Origin: Candidatus Aenigmatarchaeota archaeon
GTDB lineage: Archaea; Aenigmatarchaeota; Aenigmatarchaeia; GW2011-AR5; JAGGXF01
Assembly (NCBI GenBank): GCA_021163205.1
Contig: JAGGXF010000014.1
Span: 1-62,090, forward strand
Reading direction: 5' to 3'
Length of the DNA stretch: 62,090 nt
This document shows positions 1 to 7,788 of the stretch, in pieces (position 1 is the stretch's first letter; each line of letters starts with the position of its first letter). Made by a program: the position numbers and the translations under genes. The notes under the pieces are model-generated. The model was not told where the DNA came from and made no database searches. It was given only the letters and a program-made list of their open reading frames with translations.

Positions 1-2
1 AT

Positions 3-209
3 ATAGCAAATCTCATTGATAGAGGGATTTTATCTATTGGACAAATTATTGTTTTTCCATTTATTTTTTCTTGGTTTAAGTTGAGTGACAAAAAAACTGC
101 TTTAAAAGTTGGTGTAGCTACTGTTATTCTTGGATTTATTATTGGTAGTATAATAGCCTTATTTTATATTGGTGGAGCCCCAATCACCACAATTGGAGCA
201 GCAGGTTAA
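3..209 (+). CDS. 3' end of a membrane-protein gene (5' end outside the window)
   Basis: The frame is open from the window edge to TAA at 207-209. The translation IANLIDRGILSIGQIIVFPFIFSWFKL...VATVILGFIIGSIIALFYIGGAPITTIGAAG has two hydrophobic helix-like stretches. It is absent from the ORF track because there is no in-window start. Confidence 0.45.
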   Translation: MANLIDRGILSIGQIIVFPFIFSWFKLSDKKTALKVGVATVILGFIIGSIIALFYIGGAPITTIGAAG

Positions 210-228
210 TTTCTTCGGCGCGCCAACT

Positions 229-251
229 CAAAATTTCTGAAAGAAATTTTG
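229..251 (+). terminator. Perfect hairpin CAAAATTTCT-GAA-AGAAATTTTG (10-bp stem, 3-nt loop) 20 nt after the upstream stop codon
   Basis: Read directly: 229-238 is the reverse complement of 242-251, and the descending arm contains TTTT. A role as a terminator or RNA-stability element is inferred only from its position. Confidence 0.3.
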
Positions 252-429
252 CCCCGCCTGCAGGCTCTCACTTCACTTCGTTTCGTTCGGACGCCTAACA
301 GCGATTATCTGGGATTTTCCTACGAAAAATCCCCAAATCCTGCTTCGCAAACCTTCGTTTATCGGCATATGTTAGTTTCAATTTGAGAGCCCTCGCTCGA
401 TGACTTCAATTTTATCCGAAGTTTTCGAT
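252..429. repeat. GC-rich intergenic module, copy A
   Basis: Shares GGCTCTCA (263-270), CTAACAGCGATT (295-306) and ATCGGCATATGT (361-372) with copy B. Contains an 8-bp hairpin GGGATTTT/AAAATCCC (311-318/326-333) and a long-range complement GGCTCTCA/TGAGAGCC (263-270/384-391). It is visibly more GC-rich than the flanking DNA. Confidence 0.6.
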
Positions 430-439
430 ATATTTAAAT
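430..439 (+). promoter_or_regulatory. TATA-like box ATATTTAAAT 24 nt upstream of the ATG at 463 (a leaderless or near-leaderless mRNA is expected)
   Basis: The identical 10-mer recurs at 1152-1161, 22 nt before the ATG at 1183. The spacing fits an archaeal TATA-to-TSS distance. Confidence 0.5.
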
Positions 440-462
440 AACTGCTAAAATTATACTTTATT

Positions 463-954
463 ATGAACAACAAAATCATACTTCCATTGGTTCTTGTAGT
501 CTTAATTGTTGGAATAGTAGGAATCTATTTTTGGAAAACTCCAACACAACCGACAACTCCACCAAATCTCCAAAATATAATTCTTTTACCTTCAGTAAAA
601 GGCTGTGCTGAAACAGATAAAGGTATGGCTACAAAGGCATTTGGTGAAGGAACAGAACAAGAGCCAAAAATAGAAGTTAGCGGAAATGAAATCATCTATT
701 CAAGAGCAATAAATCATCTTTGTTGCAGAAAAGCTGAAATTGAAAAAGAAACTAAAGATTCAGTTATAAACATTTACGAGGTATGGAGTGGCATTGGTTG
801 TAAATGTATATGCTTTTCTGAAATAGAAGCTAAACTTCAAAATGTTCCTTTAGGCACTTATGTTGTGAATGTATATGAGAAGGGGACACAACCCGGAAAC
901 GAAGGACCAATGGAACAAAAACTAATTATTTCTCAAAATGTTGTTGTTCAATAA
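463..954 (+). CDS. Small membrane-anchored or secreted Cys-containing protein, unknown function
   Basis: N-terminal hydrophobic helix ILPLVLVVLIVGIVGIYFW, then a Pro/Thr linker TPTQPTTPP, then a roughly 120-aa domain with 6 Cys (GC, LCC, GCKCIC). No family recognised. Confidence 0.7.
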   Translation: MNNKIILPLVLVVLIVGIVGIYFWKTPTQPTTPPNLQNIILLPSVKGCAETDKGMATKAFGEGTEQEPKIEVSGNEIIYSRAINHLCCRKAEIEKETKDSVINIYEVWSGIGCKCICFSEIEAKLQNVPLGTYVVNVYEKGTQPGNEGPMEQKLIISQNVVVQ

Positions 955-1151
955 ATGCTCTGGCTCTCAAACCCGGAATTTCTCCATTCGGAAACATTGC
1001 ATTAAAATCTCGTCCTCCTTTCAGTCGGAGAAACTAACAGCGATTTAACGGTTTCGCTCATTACATTCGCTTCACCCAAACTCCTCGCTAACGCTCGGAG
1101 CTTCTTTAAATCGCATATGTGCAATATTACTCGGCGGCGGACTTTAGAAAA
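955..1151. repeat. GC-rich intergenic module, copy B
   Basis: Carries GGCTCTCA (962-969), CCTCCTTTCAGTCGG (1014-1028), CTAACAGCGATT (1034-1045) and ATCGCATATGT (1110-1120). There is an internal inverted repeat GCGATTTA/TAAATCGC (1039-1046/1107-1114). Homologous to copy A with indels. Confidence 0.6.
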
Positions 1152-1161
1152 ATATTTAAAT
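1152..1161 (+). promoter_or_regulatory. TATA-like box ATATTTAAAT 22 nt upstream of the ATG at 1183
   Basis: Same 10-mer and almost the same spacing as at 430-439. Confidence 0.5.
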
Positions 1162-1182
1162 TAACTAATTAATTGAAACAAT

Positions 1183-1620
1183 ATGAACAAGAAATTTTTA
1201 TTATTCACAATATTGACTTTTCTTTTACTCCCTCAATTAGTTTCAGCAGATTTAATTACTCCGCTTTCTTTTATGACCATTCCTTTGATACCATTTATTG
1301 TTTTAATCGAAGCGTTCGTATTTTGGTTGCTTGTGAATAAAGTCATAAAAGTTCCTATTGGTTTTTGGAAACTAATTTTAGTAACATTTGTTGCAAACAT
1401 TGTAACTTCTTTATTAGGAACTTTTATCCCGCTTTATAGATATACTGCTGAAAATCTAATGTGGATTGGACTTGCTTTCATATTTTCTGTATTCATTGAG
1501 TGGGGAATTTATATTCCATTCTTCAGAAAAGTCAATATAAAAATCCTTGATTTACTAAAAATTTCTTTTGTAGGAAATTTAATTACTTACGCAATACTTG
1601 CTTTCTTTCAATTAATTTAA
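1183..1620 (+). CDS. Small polytopic membrane protein, unknown function
   Basis: Signal-like N-terminus MNKKFLLFTILTFLLLPQLVSA followed by about 4 hydrophobic helices. No family recognised. Confidence 0.7.
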   Translation: MNKKFLLFTILTFLLLPQLVSADLITPLSFMTIPLIPFIVLIEAFVFWLLVNKVIKVPIGFWKLILVTFVANIVTSLLGTFIPLYRYTAENLMWIGLAFIFSVFIEWGIYIPFFRKVNIKILDLLKISFVGNLITYAILAFFQLI

Positions 1621-1690
1621 GTCCGCCACCTGCGTCATACTGTGCCTCCTTTCAGTCGGCAGTTTTTCATATTCGTGTATGTAAAACAAA
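1621..1690. repeat. GC-rich intergenic module, partial copy C
   Basis: The exact 15-mer CCTCCTTTCAGTCGG (1645-1659) is shared with copy B. It starts with GTCCGCCACC, the near-complement of GGCGGCGGAC at 1133-1142. Confidence 0.5.
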
Positions 1691-1805
1691 AGCAAAAAGA
1701 GATGCCAAATAATCTTCTGAGTACTAAAGATACAAAGAACAGGTACCTTTATTTATTTAATCATCGGTGGTCTCCTACATGAAGTAGCAGACAGAAAACA
1801 GAAAG

Positions 1806-2243
1806 TCACGCAGGCCCAATTTCTTTTATTTTGTTTTTGTCTATGAACAGATGTTTTGTTTTGTCTGACAAATCATCGAGATAAAGAAAGGTCGAGCCGA
1901 CTGTTCTAAGCCTTCCCCTTATGGTCTCTCCATCTGTTGTTCTTATTACAACCTCTTTTCCCGTCAAGTTTGCTGTTGAATCTGCATCTTCTTTCTGCTC
2001 TTTCTGCGGTTTTTCTATTATCTTTTCGTTTGTCTCGGCAGGCAGTATATGCTTGATAAGGTTACCTTGACCAGACAAGACATAGCCGGTTATCGCACCC
2101 GTGACAGGTATAGAATAGTATAAAAATAGTGATGTGAATCTAGTTAAGCCCAGTGAAAGAAAAATCGGTATTAACAGCGACAATACAGCAACCCCAACAA
2201 ATGCACCGACCAGCATTCCGTGCTTTGTTTTTTCATCAAACAT
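1806..2243 (-). CDS. Membrane-anchored protein with a C-terminal Sm-like (LSm-fold) segment, unknown function
   Basis: Two N-terminal hydrophobic helices and a K/E-rich linker. The C-terminus GKEVVIRTTDGETIRGRLRTVGSTFLYLDD...HLFIDKNKIKEI resembles an Sm1/Sm2 pattern. The start overlaps the metK stop (TAATG). Confidence 0.65.
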   Translation of the reverse strand: MFDEKTKHGMLVGAFVGVAVLSLLIPIFLSLGLTRFTSLFLYYSIPVTGAITGYVLSGQGNLIKHILPAETNEKIIEKPQKEQKEDADSTANLTGKEVVIRTTDGETIRGRLRTVGSTFLYLDDLSDKTKHLFIDKNKIKEIGPA

Positions 2244-3430
2244 TAAAATACATGCAACTCATTTTTTAAAAGTCTTTCTCTTATGTTGTCTATCTTATCA
2301 AACTCTTCTTCCACTATAGACTCAACAGAGGATTTATCAACATCCCCGTCAACAACTTCTATGCTCGCAACAAGAGGTGATTTTATTGACTTGCCAATCT
2401 GGGACAGAAGCTTTACATATATCTCTGCACCGGTTTCTTGGTTTATTTTTTCTGCTATTTCCTTGGCAAGAATATTATATAACTTTCCTATGTGGTTTAC
2501 TGGGTTTTTTCCGGCAGCGGCCTCAAGACTCATCTCCCTGTTTGGTGTTATTAGGCCATTGACACGATTGCCGCGCCCGACCGAACCGGAATCACCAGCT
2601 TCCGCGCTTGTGCCAGTAAGTGTGAGATATGCTATCTTGTTTTTTTCATCGTCATTTGTGTTAAGATAAATAGTTGTTTCGTGTCTTGGGTTTTTGAGAG
2701 CAACAAAATTCTTTATTTTATCTACTATCTCGTTCTTTTTCGAAATATAATAATCCCAGTCGGGAACCTCTTTGGATACAAAGGGCATAGCAATGGTTAA
2801 GGTTATTTTTCCGTTGGTTCGAAGTCCCATGACCTTTATGTCCTCGCCAATCTCAGGATGTTTCCTTTTCATCTTTGCTGAGTTTAAGAACCGCTCTATG
2901 TCAAGAACAAGCCTTTCCAACTCTGAAAGTGGGGCAAAGCCAACTCCAAAAGATGTATCATTGGCAAGAATTGTCTTTTCCTTTGTCTCAAAAATATGAG
3001 ATATACTTATGGCTCCGGGGCTTATTCTCGAATCTATCGTAACATCTGTTTCCGTGTTCAGATGTGGCATATTTGTCTTGAGATATTCTTCAGCAGCCTT
3101 GATAGCTATCTCGTTTGTTGCCACATCTTCATTGCCTACGGTAGCTGTTGCCTGCCCAGCAATGAGAATAAATATAGGTCTGAGTATCTGCCCCCCACCA
3201 AAGAATACATCAGAACCACCGGCTATAACCTCACACTGATCTGTGTTGTGATGAAGTATGCGACCAAACTTCTTAATATACTCAAGACAGAGTGCTCTTG
3301 ATACAGACTCTGCTATACCATCTGCCAAAGAATCTGGGTGACCTATTCCTTTCCGCTCAACTATTTCAACCCTCTGTTGCTCTATTGGAGTTCTTTTCAC
3401 TTTATCAATGACTATATTCGTAGCCACCAC
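2243..3430 (-). CDS. metK: S-adenosylmethionine synthetase, archaeal type
   Basis: 395 aa. The N-terminal ERKGIGHPDSLADGIAESVSRAL and overall length are typical of archaeal MAT. Confidence 0.93.
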   Translation of the reverse strand: MVATNIVIDKVKRTPIEQQRVEIVERKGIGHPDSLADGIAESVSRALCLEYIKKFGRILHHNTDQCEVIAGGSDVFFGGGQILRPIFILIAGQATATVGNEDVATNEIAIKAAEEYLKTNMPHLNTETDVTIDSRISPGAISISHIFETKEKTILANDTSFGVGFAPLSELERLVLDIERFLNSAKMKRKHPEIGEDIKVMGLRTNGKITLTIAMPFVSKEVPDWDYYISKKNEIVDKIKNFVALKNPRHETTIYLNTNDDEKNKIAYLTLTGTSAEAGDSGSVGRGNRVNGLITPNREMSLEAAAGKNPVNHIGKLYNILAKEIAEKINQETGAEIYVKLLSQIGKSIKSPLVASIEVVDGDVDKSSVESIVEEEFDKIDNIRERLLKNELHVF

Positions 3431-3472
3431 CGCGCGTGTTTGTTAAAGATTATTAATAGAATATCTAATAGT

Positions 3473-3521
3473 ATATGCAAATTTAAATATTTTTATCTTA
3501 GACATATGCATATAAGCATAT
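3473..3521. promoter_or_regulatory. Cluster of ATATGCA half-sites including the perfect 10-bp palindrome ATATGCATAT (3504-3513), in the metK / HTH-CBS divergent intergenic region
   Basis: ATATGCA at 3473-3479 and 3504-3510, its complement at 3507-3513, and GCATAT again at 3516-3521. It lies between the two divergent start codons (3430 and 3546). Confidence 0.4.
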
Positions 3522-3545
3522 CTATAAAATATATAGAACAACACG

Positions 3546-4124
3546 ATGGGATGTAAGATGATTAATCTCTTACCCGAACCGAGTGAAATCAAAAGAATAA
3601 GAAAAAGATTGGGCCTCACCCAATCAGAGCTAGCAAAACTTTCTGGTGTCAACCAGTCATTGATAGCAAGAATAGAGTCCGGTTCGGATCCGAGATACTC
3701 AACAATAAGAAAGATTTTTAAGGCGCTCCGGGAAAGGATTCAAAAAAGGGAAATAAAAATAGAAAAAATAATGAACAAGAAGGTAATATTTATCAACGCA
3801 AACGATAAGATCCAAAAAGCTGCGCGTATTATGAGTAAAATGGCGATTTCTCAGCTTCCCGTCTTAGAAAACGGCATTGTGGTTGGATCATTAAGAGAAA
3901 AAAATATTTCTGAGCTATTAAAACGACAGGGGCCAAACAAAGAAAAAATTGGTGACATGAAGGTTAGAAAATTTATGGAAGAATGCTTTCCAGAAATATC
4001 GAAAAATGGCACGCTTGACAATGTAATAGAGCTTCTGAAATATGAACCAGCCGTGCTCGTGAAAGAAAATGGTAAAATCGTCGGAATAATAACCAAATCT
4101 GATCTGATGAAGCTTGTTGAATGA
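3546..4124 (+). CDS. Transcriptional regulator: XRE-type HTH plus tandem CBS domains
   Basis: HTH motif IRKRLGLTQSELAKLSGVNQSLIARIE, followed by two CBS-like repeats (ISQLPVLENGIVVGSL..., EPAVLVKENGKIVGIITKSDL). The start may instead be the ATG at 3558. Confidence 0.85.
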   Translation: MGCKMINLLPEPSEIKRIRKRLGLTQSELAKLSGVNQSLIARIESGSDPRYSTIRKIFKALRERIQKREIKIEKIMNKKVIFINANDKIQKAARIMSKMAISQLPVLENGIVVGSLREKNISELLKRQGPNKEKIGDMKVRKFMEECFPEISKNGTLDNVIELLKYEPAVLVKENGKIVGIITKSDLMKLVE

Positions 4125-4196
4125 TTCCAAACAGATAAAAACAAATAAATCAAGCGGCTAATAAACACTTAAAATTAGTTCTCATAAATAAAAGTT

Positions 4197-4883
4197 ATGT
4201 TCATACGCAATGAACCGGCAATGAAAATCGGTCATAGTCTTGTGATATCTGATCTGCATATTGGAATAGAAGATGAACTCAGTAAAAATGGAATAAAAAT
4301 ATCTGATCAGACCAAAGCCTTATTGAAAAGAATTTGTTTTCTTATAAGAGAGACCAAAGCGAGAGAAACAATAATCTTAGGGGATATAAAAAACTCTATT
4401 TTCACCACCAAAATTGAAAACAAAAAGATTTCGGAATTTCTCAACAGCTTGAAAAAAATAACAAACCTGGTTTTAGTAAAAGGAAATCACGATGGATTGA
4501 TAGAAAATCTTGTTAAAAAAGATGTAGATGTGTGTTCTTTTGTCATTCGGGGGTCTTATCTCCTAACACATGGTCATAGAAAGATTCCAAAAAACTTGAA
4601 AGAGAAGAATGAAATCAAAACCATAGTAATAGGACACAACCACCCCGGAATATGTTTCAAAGATAGATATGGAATAGTAAGTACTGAACCGTGTTGGGTG
4701 GTTGGAACAGAAAAAGAAAAAAGACAGGTAATAATCATGCCTGCGTTCAATCCATTGGTCGGTGAGACAGCAATCAACAGACATGATGTAATGGGCCCCA
4801 TTGCAAAGAATATAGATATAGAAAACGCAAGGATATATCTGCTTGATGGAACCTATCTCGGACATGTAAAGACATTGAGGTAA
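4197..4883 (+). CDS. Calcineurin-like metallophosphoesterase (Lhr-associated MPE type)
   Basis: Motifs SDLHIG, GDIKN, GNHD, HGH and GHNHP. It lies immediately upstream of the Lhr-type helicase. Confidence 0.85.
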   Translation: MFIRNEPAMKIGHSLVISDLHIGIEDELSKNGIKISDQTKALLKRICFLIRETKARETIILGDIKNSIFTTKIENKKISEFLNSLKKITNLVLVKGNHDGLIENLVKKDVDVCSFVIRGSYLLTHGHRKIPKNLKEKNEIKTIVIGHNHPGICFKDRYGIVSTEPCWVVGTEKEKRQVIIMPAFNPLVGETAINRHDVMGPIAKNIDIENARIYLLDGTYLGHVKTLR

Positions 4884-4941
4884 TGATGTAGCTGATATAG
4901 ACCGTATCATAAAACACCACAAATAATTAATGTGATTTAAG

Positions 4942-7788
4942 ATGGTATTCAAAAGGTTTTCAAAAGATATGCAAAATCTTATAAAAGAGCGTGGGTTTGA
5001 CGAGCCTACTTTAACGCAAAAACTTGGAATACCAGAAATTCTCGAAGGAAAAAATGTTTTAATTATCGCTCCAACAAGTTCGGGAAAAACAGAGTCTGCT
5101 ATGTTACCTATTTTCGATTTGATACATAAAAAAAAGACGAAACCAATATCTGTGCTCTACATAACACCTCTTCGTTCACTAAATAGGGACATGCTGAAAA
5201 GGTTGCACTGGTGGTGTGATAAACTTGATTTAGATATAACGGTTAGACACGGTGACACTAGTCAGCAAGAGCGAGCATTCCAAAGAGAAACACCCTCAGA
5301 TATCTTCATAACCACACCCGAAACATTAGGAGCGATATTACCCGGAAAAAAAATGAGGAAACACCTTAAGAATGTTAGGTTTGTAATAGTAGATGAAATA
5401 CATGAAATTTGCGAGAGCAAACGGGGCGTGCAACTATCAACACTTCTCGAACGGCTTAAAAGAATAAGTGGAAACTTCCAGAGAATTGGTCTTTCAGCGA
5501 CGGTCGGGTCTCCAAAAAAAGTGGCAGAATTCTTGGGAAAAAATGTTAGGATTGTCAGAGCCGATGCCGAAAAAAAAATCGAAATAGATGTGGAGTTGCC
5601 AAAAAGAAATGAGAAAGACGCAACAATAGGGGATAACCTCTTGATCATGGATTCTACTGCATCTAGACTAAGAAGAATCAACGAGGTTATTAACAACTAC
5701 AGGGCTGTTCTAGTTTTTACAAATACCAGACAAACAGCAGAGCTCATTTCGTCTCGTTTAAGACAATTTAATAAAGAACTAGTGCAGGATGTTCACCATT
5801 CATCCGTATCCAAGAAGGCAAGAATCAAAATGGAGCAAGAGTTCAAAGAAGGTAAACTAAAGGCGTTGGTATGTACATCATCACTTGAGCTTGGAATAGA
5901 CATTGGAAATATAGACATGATAATACAATATCTTTCTCCAAGACAAGTTACAAAAATAATTCAAAGGGTTGGAAGAGCAGGTCATACAATAAAAGAGAAA
6001 TCAAAAGGAATAATATTGACGGAGAGTGGTGATGATGTCTTTGAATCAAGTGTCATCGCAAAGCGCGCTCTTGAAAGAAAACTAGAAGATATAAAAATCC
6101 ACGAAACAGCATGGGATGTGCTTGCCTCCCAAATTGTTGGAATGTCTCTCGAGCAATATGGAATAGACAGTAAAACTATATTCTCTGTCATAAAAAATGC
6201 TTATCCTTTCAGAAAACTGAAAGAGAGCGACTTTATCGAGTTCCTTAGATTCTTGGCAGAACTCAGACTAATCTGGCTAAATCCAGTAGCGTATGATAAA
6301 GACGGAAAACCGATAAGATATGAACTAAGAAGAACTAGGAACTCTTGGAAATACTACTATGAAAACCTTTCGACTATTCCAGATGTTCAAAGGTACAAAG
6401 TAATAAGTATCATAGAGAGAGAGCTTGTGGGATATCTTGATGATGAGTTTGTTGCCGAGTACGGAAAACCCGGGAATAGTTTTGTTTTTCGTGGCCGTCT
6501 TTGGAGAATCGTAAGTGTAGAAAACGACAAGGTGGTTGTAGAACCTTCTGATGACATACAATCTGCAATACCCGCGTGGGAAGGGGAACTCATACCAGTA
6601 CCCCTCGAAGTTTCCAAAGAAGTAGGAAATATTAGAGTAAAGATATCGGAAATGTTAGAGAAAAAAAGAGAAGAAGAAATAATAAGAGAGCTCAGAAAAG
6701 AATACCCAGTAAATCGAGAAGGCGCGGAAGATATGATAAAAACAATAAAAAAGCAGAAAAAGTTTTTTGTTCCACACTTCAATCACTGGCTCCTTGAACA
6801 ATATCAAGATTTCATAATTTTACACACGTGTGCTGGTTCACTTATCAACGACACATTAGGTAGATATATCTCAGCGATTGTTTCAGAAGAAACCGGGGTC
6901 TCTGTTCAGATGAAAACAGATCCTTACAGAATAATATTAAGAAGCTTTGCTAAGCCAGAGATGATACTAAGAATCCTAAGAGATGCCCATAAAAAGAACG
7001 ATTTAAAGGATGTGCTACTAAAAAATCTAGAACGATCAACACTTTTCAAGTGGAGATTTATTCATGTTGCAAAAAGGATTGGTATCTTATCAAGAAAGAC
7101 ACAATTCCAGAACTACAATCTATCAAAAATTATTTCTCTATACTGTGGCTCAGCAGCATACGAGGAAACAATAAGAGAGATATTGAAAGAAAAGATGGAT
7201 ATAGAAAATACGAAAAAAATTCTTTGCATGATTGAAAATGAAAAAATAAGAATTAAATTTCTCCGGAAACTCACCCCACTCGGTAAAATAGGTTTACTAT
7301 ACCAGTTTTCTGAAGTTATGAAACCAGAAACTCCAAAATATGAAATATTTAGAGCATTTAAAAGAAGACTTCTCCAGACAAAAGTCAGGTTAGTTTGTAC
7401 TCATTGCGCTAATTACTCTGTTGTCAAATCTGTGAAAAATATTGAAGACCAGCCAGTATGTCCAAAGTGTCACTCTGGTCTTATTGCGGTTGTCAGTAAG
7501 TTCAAGAACCCCATTCAACTTTTAAAACGGGAGAAATTATCCAAAGATGATAAAAAAATTGTTTTGACTAAAAAAGAAAAGAAGGAAATAGAAAAAATAA
7601 AAAGATCTGCCAGCCTCACCATAACATATGGAAAGCGATTCGCATTTGTTCAGGCTGCCCGTGGTGTGGGACCAGAAATAGGTGCGAGAATACTTGCCAA
7701 ACTCCCGAAAGATGAGGAACAGCTACTGAAATATATTTTTGAGGCGGAGCAACAATACCAAAAAAATAAAAAATATTGGAAGGAATGA
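4942..7788 (+). CDS. lhr: Lhr-type ATP-dependent DEAD/DEAH-box helicase
   Basis: Walker A APTSSGKTE, VIVDEIHE box, SAT-like LSATV and helicase C motif VCTSSLELGIDIG...QRVGRAGH. It has a long Lhr-like C-terminal region with a CxxC...CxxC zinc ribbon (CTHCANYS...CPKCHS). Confidence 0.9.
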   Translation: MVFKRFSKDMQNLIKERGFDEPTLTQKLGIPEILEGKNVLIIAPTSSGKTESAMLPIFDLIHKKKTKPISVLYITPLRSLNRDMLKRLHWWCDKLDLDITVRHGDTSQQERAFQRETPSDIFITTPETLGAILPGKKMRKHLKNVRFVIVDEIHEICESKRGVQLSTLLERLKRISGNFQRIGLSATVGSPKKVAEFLGKNVRIVRADAEKKIEIDVELPKRNEKDATIGDNLLIMDSTASRLRRINEVINNYRAVLVFTNTRQTAELISSRLRQFNKELVQDVHHSSVSKKARIKMEQEFKEGKLKALVCTSSLELGIDIGNIDMIIQYLSPRQVTKIIQRVGRAGHTIKEKSKGIILTESGDDVFESSVIAKRALERKLEDIKIHETAWDVLASQIVGMSLEQYGIDSKTIFSVIKNAYPFRKLKESDFIEFLRFLAELRLIWLNPVAYDKDGKPIRYELRRTRNSWKYYYENLSTIPDVQRYKVISIIERELVGYLDDEFVAEYGKPGNSFVFRGRLWRIVSVENDKVVVEPSDDIQSAIPAWEGELIPVPLEVSKEVGNIRVKISEMLEKKREEEIIRELRKEYPVNREGAEDMIKTIKKQKKFFVPHFNHWLLEQYQDFIILHTCAGSLINDTLGRYISAIVSEETGVSVQMKTDPYRIILRSFAKPEMILRILRDAHKKNDLKDVLLKNLERSTLFKWRFIHVAKRIGILSRKTQFQNYNLSKIISLYCGSAAYEETIREILKEKMDIENTKKILCMIENEKIRIKFLRKLTPLGKIGLLYQFSEVMKPETPKYEIFRAFKRRLLQTKVRLVCTHCANYSVVKSVKNIEDQPVCPKCHSGLIAVVSKFKNPIQLLKREKLSKDDKKIVLTKKEKKEIEKIKRSASLTITYGKRFAFVQAARGVGPEIGARILAKLPKDEEQLLKYIFEAEQQYQKNKKYWKE

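Noticed and set aside
217-264. Two 8-bp rare-cutter sites, GGCGCGCC (AscI, 217-224) and CCTGCAGG (SbfI, 257-264), 40 bp apart. This raised the thought of cloning-vector contamination.
   Set aside because: Nothing else nearby resembles a polylinker or vector backbone. The sites sit inside a GC-rich module whose motifs recur at 955-1151 and 1621-1690 in genomic context, so chance occurrence within GC-rich repeat DNA is more likely.
292-377. Integron attC-site reading of the spacer module (RYYYAAC-like GCCTAAC ... GTTAG about 80 bp apart with imperfect internal pairing).
   Set aside because: I did not adopt it as the call. Copy B lacks a GTTRRRY end. The downstream genes have their own TATA boxes, unlike typical promoterless cassettes. 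No integrase is visible in the window. I keep it only as a testable alternative in the findings.
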